A stretch of DNA of 64,000 nt from an uncultured Collinsella sp. (GCA_902492755.1 CABUNB010000002.1:13774-77773); one strand, 5' to 3'; positions 43,004 to 53,575 are shown, counted from the first letter of the stretch. Program-made: numbers and translations. The notes: generated by a model not told the origin, from the letters alone.

Positions 43004-44380
43004 CTAGGCCCTCAACAGATAGCGCACCTCGTAGGGCGCAAGCTCAAGGGTACCCGTCAGCTCGACCGTGGGCGCATCGTCGGCAAGCAGGTCGACGAAG
43101 GAGCCGTTGAGTTCGCCAGCGCCAAAGGCGTAAGGCTCACCCACGGCATTCACCGCCACGAGTACCGTCGCGCCGTCACAGGCGCGCTCGAACAGCAGCT
43201 GCTTGTTCTGGATCACCACGTTGCGATAGGCACCGTAGTTGAGAGCACGGGCAGCCGCGTCGTCGGCCGAGCGAAGGTGTGCGAGTTGCGTGATGAACGC
43301 CGTCAGCTCGTTGGGCGCAGGCTCATCGAGCGCAGGGCGCAGCGCCCAGTCGCCATCGGGGCCGCCCTTTTCGCCAGCAATTCCCCACTCGCTGCCATAG
43401 TAGACGCACGGGATGCCCGGCATGCCAAAGAGCATGCCGTAGGCGGGACGCAGACAGGACTTGTCGGTGAGGATGCTCGCCAGGCGCGGCACATCGTGGT
43501 TGTCGACAAACGACAGCAGATGTTTGCCGCGGTAGATGCACCAGGGGTCGCCGCCAAACTGACGGTGCAGCGAATGGGCGATCTCGAACATGTTGACCGA
43601 GTTAAAGCTGGAGTACAGGCCCTTGTAGCACTCGTAGTTGGTGCAGGAGTCGAGCATCTCGTCGTTGACGATTTGGCTGTAGTCGCCGTGGAGCGTCTCG
43701 CCGATCAGCACAAAGTCGGGCTTGAGCTCACGGGTAAAAGCGTGCAGGCGGCGCATAAAGTCGCGGTCGAGCATATAGGCAACGTCCAGGCGCAGGCCGT
43801 CGACGCCAAAGACCTCGGCCCAGCGGCGCACGGACTCGAGTAGGTAATCGACCACGGCGGGGTTTTGCAGGTTGAGCTTCACGAGCTCAAAATGGCCTTC
43901 CCAGCCCTCGTACCAAAAGCCGTCGCCGTAGCACGAGTCGCCATCAAAGCTGATGCGGAACCAGTCCTTGTAGGGCGAGTCCCACTTGCGCTCCTGCACA
44001 TCGCGGAAGGCCCAAAAGCCACGGCCCACATGGTTGAAGACGGCGTCGAGCACCACGCGGATGCCGTGGGCATGCAGTGTCTCGCACACGGCGGCAAAGT
44101 CGGCATCCCCACCCAAGCGACGGTCGATGTGGCGCAGGCTGCGCGTGTCGTAGCCATGACTATCGGACTCGAGCGGCGGATTGATGAGCACAGCGCCAAT
44201 ACCGAGTTTTTGCAGGTAGTCGGCCCATTGGGCGATTTTCATGATAGGAGCATCGGGGTTAGGCACGGCGTTAGCAGCCTGGGCGAGCTCATCCTCGGCA
44301 ACGGGCGCGGCGTTTTCGCGCGGAGCTCCACAGAAGCCCAGCGGATAGATCTGGTAGAACGTCGTCTCGTATGCCCACAT
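43004..44380 (-). CDS. Glycoside hydrolase family 13 (alpha-amylase catalytic domain) protein
   Basis: 458 aa with GH13 conserved regions VLDAVFNHVG, GVDGLRLDVAYM, IGETLHG and FVDNHDVPR. Confidence 0.85.
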   Translation of the reverse strand: MWAYETTFYQIYPLGFCGAPRENAAPVAEDELAQAANAVPNPDAPIMKIAQWADYLQKLGIGAVLINPPLESDSHGYDTRSLRHIDRRLGGDADFAAVCETLHAHGIRVVLDAVFNHVGRGFWAFRDVQERKWDSPYKDWFRISFDGDSCYGDGFWYEGWEGHFELVKLNLQNPAVVDYLLESVRRWAEVFGVDGLRLDVAYMLDRDFMRRLHAFTRELKPDFVLIGETLHGDYSQIVNDEMLDSCTNYECYKGLYSSFNSVNMFEIAHSLHRQFGGDPWCIYRGKHLLSFVDNHDVPRLASILTDKSCLRPAYGMLFGMPGIPCVYYGSEWGIAGEKGGPDGDWALRPALDEPAPNELTAFITQLAHLRSADDAAARALNYGAYRNVVIQNKQLLFERACDGATVLVAVNAVGEPYAFGAGELNGSFVDLLADDAPTVELTGTLELAPYEVRYLLRA

Positions 44381-44451
44381 AGCAACCTCCCGGTAAGCTC
44401 AACACAACGACATCCATTGTATGCCCGGCTTGTATCCTCTTCCCCAAAATA

Positions 44452-44518
44452 AGTTGCGGTGGAATAGTTCCTGCTTGGGCCTTCAGAGGCCTTAAACAGG
44501 AACTATTCCACCGCAACT
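44452..44518 (-). terminator. Perfect 22-bp hairpin downstream of the MFS gene
   Basis: AGTTGCGGTGGAATAGTTCCTG (44452-44473) pairs perfectly with 44497-44518. The 23-nt loop itself contains GGCCTTCAGAGGCC. Confidence 0.5.
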
Positions 44519-44533
44519 GATGAGGGGACGTGG

Positions 44534-45730
44534 TTAGGCGACGGGCTTGGCGCGGCGGATGGCTGGGAACATCACCGTGATGGCGAGGATAACGCCCACG
44601 ACGGCAATCGCCCCGCCCACAAAGCCGATCCAAGCGATACCGGGACCCGAAACCACGGCGCCGCCGATTGCGGTGCCCGTGCCGATACCGAGGTTAAACA
44701 GGCCCGAGAAGATCGACATGGCGACGGCCGACGAATCTGCCGACGTGCACTTGATGAGCTCGGCCTGAAACGCCACGTTAAAGGCCGTGGCGCAGCAACC
44801 CCACAGTGCGCAGACGGCAAGCACTGTCACGAGCGAAGATGCGGCCGGCCCCATGAGCAGCAGGGCCACCGGCACGCCGGAGAGCGTGATAGCCAAGAAC
44901 GGGAAGCGATGCCCATCGAACAGGCGGCCAAACAGCCAGCTTCCGAGCAAACCAGAGCAGCCAAACGCCGTCAGCGTCATGGTAATGGCGCCCGCATCGA
45001 CGTGCGCGACCTGCGCCAGGAAGGGCTCGATATAGCTGTAGCTTGCGTAATAGCCGGTCGCCATGAAGACCGTGACTGCGTAGAGCGCGATGAGGAGCGG
45101 GTTCTTGAGCAGCTCGGGCAGCTGTTTGAGCGTAAAACGCTCGCCCGCTGGCATGGCAGGGAACACCGTGGCCTGGTAGACGACCGCGACAGCAGACAGC
45201 GCTCCGACCACGGCAAACGTCATGCGCCAGCCCACGGCCAAGCCAATGGCGCGACCGAGCGGCAGGCCAAAGATCTGCGCGATGGAAGAGCCCGTGGCGA
45301 TCATGCTGATGGCGAGCGCGCCGTGGCGAGTGTCGACCAGGCGCGAGGCCATAATCGAGGCGACTGACCAGAACACGGCATGTGCGCAAGCGACCACCAG
45401 GCGCGCGCAGACCAGGATGGGATAGGTCGGCGCCACAGCGGACAGGAACTGACCGAGCGAGAACACGGCCAGCACGCCCAGCAGCATCCGCTTGAACTCA
45501 AAGCGCGAGGCGAACACCATGAGCGGCAGCGACAGCAGCATGACGCCCCAGGCATAGACCGAGATCATGATGCCCGCCTGGGCCTCGGTGAGCGAGAACG
45601 ACGCGGCGATATCAGTCAAAAGGCCGATGGGCATAAACTCCGACGTGTTGAACACGAACGCACAGCAGGTGAGCCCGATGAGCGGGAGCCACTGCCTGAG
45701 CGTGATGCCGTCTTGCTTTGTTTGAGCCAT
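44534..45730 (-). CDS. MFS transporter (sugar-efflux SotB/YdeA-like)
   Basis: 398 aa with 12 predicted TM segments. The N-terminal pattern FNTSEFMPIGLL is recalled from sugar efflux MFS proteins. Confidence 0.75.
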   Translation of the reverse strand: MAQTKQDGITLRQWLPLIGLTCCAFVFNTSEFMPIGLLTDIAASFSLTEAQAGIMISVYAWGVMLLSLPLMVFASRFEFKRMLLGVLAVFSLGQFLSAVAPTYPILVCARLVVACAHAVFWSVASIMASRLVDTRHGALAISMIATGSSIAQIFGLPLGRAIGLAVGWRMTFAVVGALSAVAVVYQATVFPAMPAGERFTLKQLPELLKNPLLIALYAVTVFMATGYYASYSYIEPFLAQVAHVDAGAITMTLTAFGCSGLLGSWLFGRLFDGHRFPFLAITLSGVPVALLLMGPAASSLVTVLAVCALWGCCATAFNVAFQAELIKCTSADSSAVAMSIFSGLFNLGIGTGTAIGGAVVSGPGIAWIGFVGGAIAVVGVILAITVMFPAIRRAKPVA

Positions 45731-45905
45731 ATAGGAAAACCTCTCCGATTATCTTGAGCGGTGGGCGATTATAGCAATGAGAAGTCTATAAAATGAGCAA
45801 CAAAAGAATTCTTGGAAAACGATTGTTAACAGACGGCGCGCCAATTCTGCTTAGAAAGCAAGGTACGCAGGAACTCAATGTCGAAAACGCGGCTTCATCT
45901 TCGGG

Positions 45906-46733
45906 CTATCGCGCCTGCTCGGATACGCACAAGGACACCCCCATGAGCACGTCAATTTCGAGCCAACTCGCAACCGCACAATGAACTAGCAAAAGCAGCA
46001 TATAAGCAAACGCCCCATAATAAAGTCCCTCATGCACAAGCGCCGTCACTGAAAGTGCCGACGGCAGCGCCGCACTCGAAACTACCCATCCAACAAGAAC
46101 CTGGATAGCGCAACTTGCAACCAGGTTCCATGCCACCAGCAGCGTTGCGGGACGCGCGATTTCTCTCCAGGAGGAACGAAGCACCGTGACCGAACGCATG
46201 ATGTAGCGTGGTGCAAACCGAATGCCTCGTAGTCCCCTCTGCTCCACGTCCGCATCTTCAATTAACACGAATACGAACGACGCGGAAAGAAGCGTCACGA
46301 TTACTGCCACCACAAGCGAGCACAACACCCCGAGCTGACTGCTCGCAAGCGAGGCAAAGACTACAATTGCCGATAAAATCAAGTGAACCAAATAAATTAG
46401 CAGCGCCCCAGAAATCTGGAGGGGAACCGTCGAGGCCAAGAGATAAACCGGAGGGGTTCGAGCAGGTTGCACCGTCTCTTTGGACCGGTCGACGGCAAAT
46501 AATGAAAAAGCCACATTCGATAGAAGCAGGTTTAAAAAGGCCGCGACCACAGTGCAAATAAGCGTAATGGACGGATTGATATAGGCGAGCTCAGTTGCAA
46601 CGTTTGATACACCAATTTGAAGCGCGCTCATAACAAACAAGGGGATATATAACGCCATCGTGCAGCCACTCCGGCATTCCTTCGCCCGATCGCCCGATTC
46701 CAGAAAGACATTGAAGTTCTCTCGCAAGTTCAC
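45906..46733 (-). CDS. Hypothetical polytopic membrane protein
   Basis: 275-aa ORF with several hydrophobic segments, in a lower-GC region downstream of the GH4 gene. No family was recognised and the start is uncertain. Confidence 0.5.
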   Translation of the reverse strand: MNLRENFNVFLESGDRAKECRSGCTMALYIPLFVMSALQIGVSNVATELAYINPSITLICTVVAAFLNLLLSNVAFSLFAVDRSKETVQPARTPPVYLLASTVPLQISGALLIYLVHLILSAIVVFASLASSQLGVLCSLVVAVIVTLLSASFVFVLIEDADVEQRGLRGIRFAPRYIMRSVTVLRSSWREIARPATLLVAWNLVASCAIQVLVGWVVSSAALPSALSVTALVHEGLYYGAFAYMLLLLVHCAVASWLEIDVLMGVSLCVSEQAR

Positions 46734-46823
46734 TCTATACCCGTTTTCTTACTAAGCAGGGCGAACGGGCGCCAATATAAACGCCGGTCCGCCCATCCAT
46801 AATTTCTAGTTTTAACGTCCAGG

Positions 46824-48197
46824 CTAGTCTGTCCAGCCGTCGATGTAGTCGCGGTTAAGCTCAAAGTACTGCGCGGCGATATCTTTCGCCAAGGAGTACG
46901 AATTAACGAGCGGGTGCATCGCGAGGCTCTCGACAATGTCGCGCTTCGATCGGTTAACGATGCCACGCGCCACGGTGCGCTCGTAGTACTTGACGCGACG
47001 AATCAATTCGAGGTTTCCCGCGGGCACAGAATCGGCTTCGACGCGATGCGGCACGCAGCCATCGGTGGAGATATCGCACGTTGACTCAATGACATCTGTA
47101 TCGAGAAGGCCGGGGATGGCGCCATTGTTGGGGGTGCACAGGATCATCTGCTGCGTCTTGCCAGAGCGAGCAATATCCATGAAGCGGAGCGCGACACCTG
47201 CATATCCGCCAGCATCTTTGCCGTACACGTCAAACGTCCACGGCTTGTCGCGATGAATACCCGTCTCGGCCGCCATGTAGTTGTTTTCGCGCATTCCGTA
47301 CCACTTCTCAAAGCACGCGAGGCCTTTTTCGAAGTCGTTCTCAATATCGATAGATGCAAGCTCGCTCGTCATTTCTCGATTAATTTCTTCGATTAGTTCG
47401 CCGCGCGTCTGGGGCGAAGAGAGAACGTTGGCAACGGCGCGCTCGCGATAGTAGAAATAGTATAGGTACTCATTTGGCACGCATCCGCGATTTAGGACGA
47501 GGTCCTTCTCGAAGAACCTAAGATCTGTATGAGCATATGCCCCGTCGTCGTGGATCAAGTCGGACATGATGTCCTCGCCGTCAACCGTCACATTGCGGAA
47601 GAACGAGAGGTGGTTGAGTCCATAGCACTCGCCCTGAACCGATGCGGGATCAACGCCTTTATACTCGGCAAACTGATGCAACATGCCCGAGGGGGCATCG
47701 CAAATGCCATAAGTAAAATCATAGCCCATATCGCGTAGGGCCTGAGATACGACGCCAGCGGGATTAGTAAAGTTAAACACCTTGACGTCCGGCTTTGCGT
47801 ACTTCTTGATTAACTCGCAATACGAAGCAAGCGCAGGGACGGAGCGCATGGCAAAAGACACGCCGGCTGCGCCAGTCGTCTCTTGGCCAAGAACCCCATG
47901 CGAAAGAGCAATGCGCTCATCGCGAACGCGCATATGGTCCCCACCGACGCGAATCGTCGTGATCACGTAATCGGCGTCCTTAACGGCCTCGACTGCATCG
48001 CCCGTCAGTGAAAAATTAAGCGTGGGGCAAAGCATGCCCGAGACATGGGCGGCAAGGCCACCGTAGATGCGCAGCTTCTCGGGATCATTGTCCATAAACA
48101 CAAGTTCGTCAATCCCAAGCGATGACGCCTGCTGGGCTATGCTCTTTGCCAAAAACATGGAGCGGACGCCACCGCCACCTATGACCGTAAGTTTCAT
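46824..48197 (-). CDS. Glycoside hydrolase family 4 (6-phospho-alpha-glucosidase-like, NAD/Mn-dependent)
   Basis: ORF trimmed to the ATG at 48197 (MKLTVIGGGGVRS). The GICDAP active-site context is close to the CDMP pattern of GlvA/MalH-type enzymes. Confidence 0.85.
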   Translation of the reverse strand: MKLTVIGGGGVRSMFLAKSIAQQASSLGIDELVFMDNDPEKLRIYGGLAAHVSGMLCPTLNFSLTGDAVEAVKDADYVITTIRVGGDHMRVRDERIALSHGVLGQETTGAAGVSFAMRSVPALASYCELIKKYAKPDVKVFNFTNPAGVVSQALRDMGYDFTYGICDAPSGMLHQFAEYKGVDPASVQGECYGLNHLSFFRNVTVDGEDIMSDLIHDDGAYAHTDLRFFEKDLVLNRGCVPNEYLYYFYYRERAVANVLSSPQTRGELIEEINREMTSELASIDIENDFEKGLACFEKWYGMRENNYMAAETGIHRDKPWTFDVYGKDAGGYAGVALRFMDIARSGKTQQMILCTPNNGAIPGLLDTDVIESTCDISTDGCVPHRVEADSVPAGNLELIRRVKYYERTVARGIVNRSKRDIVESLAMHPLVNSYSLAKDIAAQYFELNRDYIDGWTD

Positions 48198-48372
48198 ATC
48201 GAAACCCCCAATTAGCACATTCAATATTGCATGGTTCGCCTGTGTTTGGATATTGTATCCAGCATGGAGGGCCGCTTCCCGCCCCGGTTGCAAGGCGGGA
48301 AAGGAATTCCCCAAGGAGTTATTATTTACGCAACGGAAGCGGCCACACACGTCCGGCGGGAAGGAAGCACCG

Positions 48373-49126
48373 ATGGTTGATAAAAAGCAGATTTCCAAGC
48401 TCTACTCAGCCGCAAAGCTATCCGAAACCGAGCAAAGCGTACTCGAATACCTACTCAACAATATCGACACCCTCGATGATATTGGCATAAAAACCCGTCG
48501 CCATGGCATGCTTTACCAGCATGACGACAGTCATCAGGCTTTCGAAAAAGCTCGGCTACCGTGGCTACCGCGAAATGATGTACGATCTCAAGCACCTTCA
48601 GCATGTCTCCCGCGAAATGAATCAATCACTCAAAGACAGTAGCGTCCACTTCGTATGTCACACCGGAGATGTAGACGTATTCATCGCCGCACTGCATCGC
48701 AACAGAATGATCGGAGTAAACGGAGAGGGCTTCTCACGCATCGTTGCGCAGTACATGGCGACTAAGCTCGTTGGACTTGGCTTTTTGGCCGTCATACAGG
48801 ACTTCCTAGAAACCGATCAGTTTGTCGAATCCAACCGAAATACGCTCAGCTGCATGATGCTCATATCCAAATCGGGCCAGACAGAAGCCATCCTGGAAAC
48901 CGCAAGGGCATGCCACGACGCGGGCATTACGACCCTCGCGTTTACCGGCAACGAAGACAGCGAGCTCGCCAAGACGGCAGACGCGATCTTTACGATACAT
49001 GACGATCACCCAATGGATCTTAAGAACGTTAAGCCTAACTGCTTTACCGGAAGTTGTATTCTCGCATTCGAAGAACTATTGAGTATCTGCCTTGACAATC
49101 TAAAACAAGAAGGCCTGGCCCCCTAA
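48373..49126 (+). pseudogene. MurR/RpiR-family regulator (HTH_6 + SIS) interrupted by a +1 frameshift in an A5 run
   Basis: The N-terminal HTH part is in frame 1 (48373 onward, LSETEQSVLEYLLNNIDTLDDIGIK). The remainder is in frame 2 (VAMACFTSMTTVIRLSKKLGYRGY... plus the SIS domain). The frames join if A5 at 48489-48493 were A4. Confidence 0.7.
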
Positions 49127-49188
49127 ATCATGCGATAGGAAGCCAAGCCCTGGAATTGCGCTATGCAATTGAAAGCCACTTGCGCGTT

Positions 49189-50853
49189 TTACTCGTCACC
49201 GAGAACTTCGTGCACCTCAGAAGCGACTTCGCCGACACGAGGACCGTAAATGACCTGGATTGCCTTGTCGCTCAGGCGGATAACGCCCATAGCTTCAAGA
49301 TTCTTGGTGAACACCTCGTCGTCTGCAACCTTAGAACCATCCTTGACAATCACGCGAAGACGTGAGATGCAGTTGTCAAGATCATCAATGTTTTCAGCTC
49401 CACCAAGCGCTTCGACAATGCCAACAGCAAGCGCGCTGTCCTTGGTCGCACGGCCCTGGACTGCCTTCTCGGGAGTGTTACCAGACTCGCCCTTTGCCTC
49501 AGCGGCCTTTGCCTCGAACTCGGCTCTGCTGTTGATCAACTCAATATCGTCACCATCATCTCGACCGGGCGTCTTGATATCGAACTTAGTAATAAAGAAC
49601 CGGAAGAGGAAGAAAGCTGCCAGGAAAAAGGCGGGGAGCAGAATAAGGTACGGAAGCAGATTAAGCTTCTCGGGGCGGAATAAGAATGGGATCAGGTCCT
49701 TGATATTTCCCTGGTACACCGAAACGCCCATTGCCTCCGAGAGAACTTCACCCAGTCCGGAAAGCGGAGCGTAAACGCCAAAGTAGAGCCAGGGAGCGGC
49801 AAACAGGAACGTAAAGAGAATAGGCTCCGTAACGCCAAAGAAAACAGTCGAAATCACTGTGGGGATTAAAAGGCCAGCAACCTTCTTGCGGTTCTGGGGC
49901 TTGGCACAAGACCACATAGCAAGGGCGATGCCCGGGAACAACGCGTAATCGTTAATGCCATAGCCAGCCATGAAGGCCCTAACCAAGAGCTTGTCGCTGC
50001 TGGGAGAAGCGAGCTGTGCAAGCTGAATAGCGCTATTGCCCACCACGCGCGTTCCATCGACGACCATGGAGCCACCAAGCTCAGTCCAATACATGGGCGT
50101 CTCGAGCAGCGGATGCAAGCCAAACGGCACAAGGCTCTCGAGCACCCAGCGATAGACAAACGTACCGACCAGACCGGAGCCTTTCACGAACGTCGCAATA
50201 CCCGAAAAGCATCCACCGATGACGGGCCAGACGAAGTACATGATGCCGCCCAGGACGCCACCGGCGACCAACGATACAATGGGGACCGTTCGACTGCCCG
50301 CAAAAAACGCCAGCGCCGTTGGAAGCTTGGTCTTGTAAAAACGGCCGGTGATCCAAGCGACCAGGCAGCCCACGATAATGCCGCCAAAGACACCAGAGCT
50401 GTAGCCAAAAAAGCCGAGCGAGGTAGTGTAGAGTGCGGACTGCTCACTCGCCTGAATGGACGTAAGGCCGACCTTCTGAAGAGCTTCCACCGTTGTATTG
50501 TCGGCAGCCAAGCCAGCTGCTCCAAGCAGAATCTCAACCGTCTTGAGCATGGTGAGATAGCAGACAAGGGCAGAGAAAGCAGCCCAGCCCTTCTCTTTGC
50601 GAGACAAGGAGAAGGCGCAGCCGACGGCAAACAAAACACCGAGGTTTCCAATGATTACCTCGCCGAGACCCTTAAATACCGAGAAGAACGTAAAGAGCGG
50701 CGAAGCGGCATACCAGTCCCAATTAACGCCAAGGGACACAAGGGTCAGTTCGGTCGTAAAAACGCTACCGATACCCAAAAAGAGACCGGAAATGGCAATG
50801 AGCGTAATCGGAACGAGCATTGCCTTTCCGAACGATTGGAATTTTTCTTTCAT
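49189..50853 (-). CDS. PTS alpha-glucoside/maltose-type transporter, EIICB
   Basis: ORF trimmed to the ATG at 50853, preceded by GGAGGG. It has an EIIC membrane domain plus a C-terminal EIIB with the DNCISRLRV Cys motif. Confidence 0.85.
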   Translation of the reverse strand: MKEKFQSFGKAMLVPITLIAISGLFLGIGSVFTTELTLVSLGVNWDWYAASPLFTFFSVFKGLGEVIIGNLGVLFAVGCAFSLSRKEKGWAAFSALVCYLTMLKTVEILLGAAGLAADNTTVEALQKVGLTSIQASEQSALYTTSLGFFGYSSGVFGGIIVGCLVAWITGRFYKTKLPTALAFFAGSRTVPIVSLVAGGVLGGIMYFVWPVIGGCFSGIATFVKGSGLVGTFVYRWVLESLVPFGLHPLLETPMYWTELGGSMVVDGTRVVGNSAIQLAQLASPSSDKLLVRAFMAGYGINDYALFPGIALAMWSCAKPQNRKKVAGLLIPTVISTVFFGVTEPILFTFLFAAPWLYFGVYAPLSGLGEVLSEAMGVSVYQGNIKDLIPFLFRPEKLNLLPYLILLPAFFLAAFFLFRFFITKFDIKTPGRDDGDDIELINSRAEFEAKAAEAKGESGNTPEKAVQGRATKDSALAVGIVEALGGAENIDDLDNCISRLRVIVKDGSKVADDEVFTKNLEAMGVIRLSDKAIQVIYGPRVGEVASEVHEVLGDE

Positions 50854-51167
50854 CAATTCCCTCCTCAATGAGCCTCTATAAACGACTATTGCAGCCCACG
50901 TCCCCACACAGGCGAAACGGAAGACATGTTCGGCAATAGACACAAAGTGATTGTAGAAAGGGACACACAAAATGCGCATCGGCATCGCGTAATGCGGTTA
51001 AATCGACCGACGATTGCAAGTATTTACGAATCCGTAAACGGCAGCAAATAGGCAGCGAACGGCAATCTGCAGCGTAGGACAGTCCCCGCAGTTCAACAAT
51101 TGTCGGTATTTTGACTCATATTTATTGAATTGTTGCTCGCCCAAAAGTGCGGAGCATCAACGCGCCC

Positions 51168-53528
51168 CTAAGCCAACCCCAGCAATATGCCCGCCGAATG
51201 CACGACAAACGCCACGATCCAGGCGACCGTCACTTGAAATGCGAACACGGCAACGGCGTAGCGCGCGCCCAGCTCGCTCTTGACGGCGCCGATGGCCGCC
51301 ACGCAGGGCGGGTACAGCAGCGTAAAGACCAGGAACACGTAAGCGGTAAACGGCGAAAACATGGTCGACAGTACCGCAGGCGACGTTACGCCCAAAAGCA
51401 CCGTGAGGGTCGAGATGACGCTCTCCTTGGCGATAAGTCCGGTGACGAGCGCCGTCGAGGCGCGCCAGTCGCCGAAGCCGAGCGGGGCCAACACCGGCGC
51501 GATGATGCTACCCAGACCGGCAAGCAGACTCTGCGACTGATCGGCGACCACATTAAAGCGGATGTCGAACGTCTGCAGGAACCAGATGACCACCGTAGCG
51601 GCAAAGATAATGGTAAAGGCCTTGGTAATAAAGTCCTTGGCCTTATCCCATGCCAGCATCACCGTCGTCTTGACGCTTGGCAGGCGATAGTTGGGAAGCT
51701 CCATGATAAACGGTACCGGGTCGCCCTTAAATGCCGTGCGGTTGAGCACCAAAGCCGCGATGCAACCGACTGCAATGCCAATCAAATAGAGCGAGACCAT
51801 GGCGGGAACTGTCGCCTGCGGGAAAAACGCCCCGCACAGCAGACCGTAGACCGGCAACTTGGCCGAGCAGCTCATGAACGGCGTGAGCATGACCGTCATC
51901 TTGCGGTCGTGCTCGGATGGGAGCGTACGGGTCGACATGATAGCCGGCACGGTGCAGCCAAAACCGACGAGCATGGGGACGAAGCTGCGGCCCGAAAGGC
52001 CAAAGCGACGCAGTACCTTATCCATGACAAAGGCTACGCGTGCCATGTAGCCGGAGTCTTCCAGAATGGAAAGGAACAAAAAGAGCACGACGATAATCGG
52101 CAGGAAGGTCAGCACGCTGCCCACACCCGTAAGCACGCCGTCGACAGCCAGCGAGCGCACCACATCGTTGGTTCCGAACGCCTTGAGGCCCGCATCGGCC
52201 GAGGCGATGATGACCGCGATGCCGTCCTCCATGAGTCCCTGCAACGCCGCGCCGATCACGCCAAACGTCAGCCAAAAGACGAGGCCCATGATCACCAGAA
52301 ACGCCGGAATGGCTGTGTAACGACCTGTCAGGATGCGGTCAATCTTGACGGAGCGCACGTGTTCGCGGCTCTCGTGCGGCTTGACGACGCAACGCCCACA
52401 CACGTCGCCGATAAAGCTAAAACGCATATCGGCCAGCGCAGATAGGCGGTCGGTGCCGGCCTCGCCCTCCATCTGGGTAATGATGTGCTCGATAGCGTCG
52501 AGCTCATTGCGATCCAGGTGAAGCGCCTCGGTTACCAGCTCATCGCCCTCGACCAGCTTGGTCGCCGCAAAGCGCACCGGGATGTGCGCCGTCACGGCAT
52601 GGTCCTCGATCAGGTTAGCAATGCCGTGAATGCAGCGATGCAGTGCACCGCCGTCCGGACCGTCGGGCGCGCAAAAGTCCAGGCGACCGGGGCGCTCGCG
52701 GAACCGTGCCACGTGCAGGGCGTGGTCCACCAGCTCGCCGATGCCCTCGTTGCGGGCAGCGCTAATGGGGACAACAGGCACGCCCATCAGGCTCTCGAGC
52801 AAGTTGACGTCTACGGCGCCGCCGTTGGCGGTCACCTCGTCCATCATGTTGAGCGCGATAACCATGGGGCGATCGAGCTCCATAAGCTGCAGTGTCAGGT
52901 ACAGGTTACGCTCGATGTTGGTGGCGTCAATGATGTCGATGATGGCGTCCGGGCGCTCGTCGAGGATGAACTGACGGCTCACGACCTCTTCGCCTGTGTA
53001 CGGCGACAGGGAGTAAATGCCAGGCAGGTCGGTAACGCTCGCCTCGGGATGGTTACGGATGGTGCCATCTTTGCGGTCGACAGTCACGCCGGGAAAGTTA
53101 CCGACGTGCTGGTTGGAGCCCGTCAGCTGGTTGAATAACGTGGTCTTGCCGCAGTTTTGGTTGCCGGCGAGGGCAAAGTGCAGCGGCGCGCCCTCGGGCA
53201 CGGCCGTCTTTGCCGCACGGGGCGAATACGTTCCCTCGCCCAGGGCCGGATGCTCCGTCGTGCCGATTGCGGCGTTAGCGCGCGGACCCGTATCGGTGTC
53301 GTGAATACCCACAAGCTCGATGCGAGCGGCATCGTCCTTGCGCAGTGTCAACTCGTAGCCACGCAGGCGGATCTCGAGCGGGTCGCCCATGGGGGCGTAC
53401 TTCATCATGGTGACCTCGGTGCCCGGCGTTAGACCCATGTCCAAAATATGCTGTCGGAGTGCCTGATCGTCCGATGCCACCGATGCGACAACGGCGTCCT
53501 TTCCAATCTCGAGTGTATCGAGCTTCAC
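51168..53528 (-). CDS. feoB: Ferrous iron transporter, fused FeoA-FeoB
   Basis: GTG at 53528 lies 9 nt after GGAGG; an alternative ATG lies at 53579. It has an N-terminal FeoA SH3-like domain, a G-domain (GNQNCGKTTLFNQLTG) and a polytopic membrane domain. Confidence 0.88.
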   Translation of the reverse strand: MKLDTLEIGKDAVVASVASDDQALRQHILDMGLTPGTEVTMMKYAPMGDPLEIRLRGYELTLRKDDAARIELVGIHDTDTGPRANAAIGTTEHPALGEGTYSPRAAKTAVPEGAPLHFALAGNQNCGKTTLFNQLTGSNQHVGNFPGVTVDRKDGTIRNHPEASVTDLPGIYSLSPYTGEEVVSRQFILDERPDAIIDIIDATNIERNLYLTLQLMELDRPMVIALNMMDEVTANGGAVDVNLLESLMGVPVVPISAARNEGIGELVDHALHVARFRERPGRLDFCAPDGPDGGALHRCIHGIANLIEDHAVTAHIPVRFAATKLVEGDELVTEALHLDRNELDAIEHIITQMEGEAGTDRLSALADMRFSFIGDVCGRCVVKPHESREHVRSVKIDRILTGRYTAIPAFLVIMGLVFWLTFGVIGAALQGLMEDGIAVIIASADAGLKAFGTNDVVRSLAVDGVLTGVGSVLTFLPIIVVLFLFLSILEDSGYMARVAFVMDKVLRRFGLSGRSFVPMLVGFGCTVPAIMSTRTLPSEHDRKMTVMLTPFMSCSAKLPVYGLLCGAFFPQATVPAMVSLYLIGIAVGCIAALVLNRTAFKGDPVPFIMELPNYRLPSVKTTVMLAWDKAKDFITKAFTIIFAATVVIWFLQTFDIRFNVVADQSQSLLAGLGSIIAPVLAPLGFGDWRASTALVTGLIAKESVISTLTVLLGVTSPAVLSTMFSPFTAYVFLVFTLLYPPCVAAIGAVKSELGARYAVAVFAFQVTVAWIVAFVVHSAGILLGLA

Positions 53529-53575
53529 GTCCGTGTTCCTCCCCCGGCGCCCACAGGGCGTTGTATTTATGTTCA

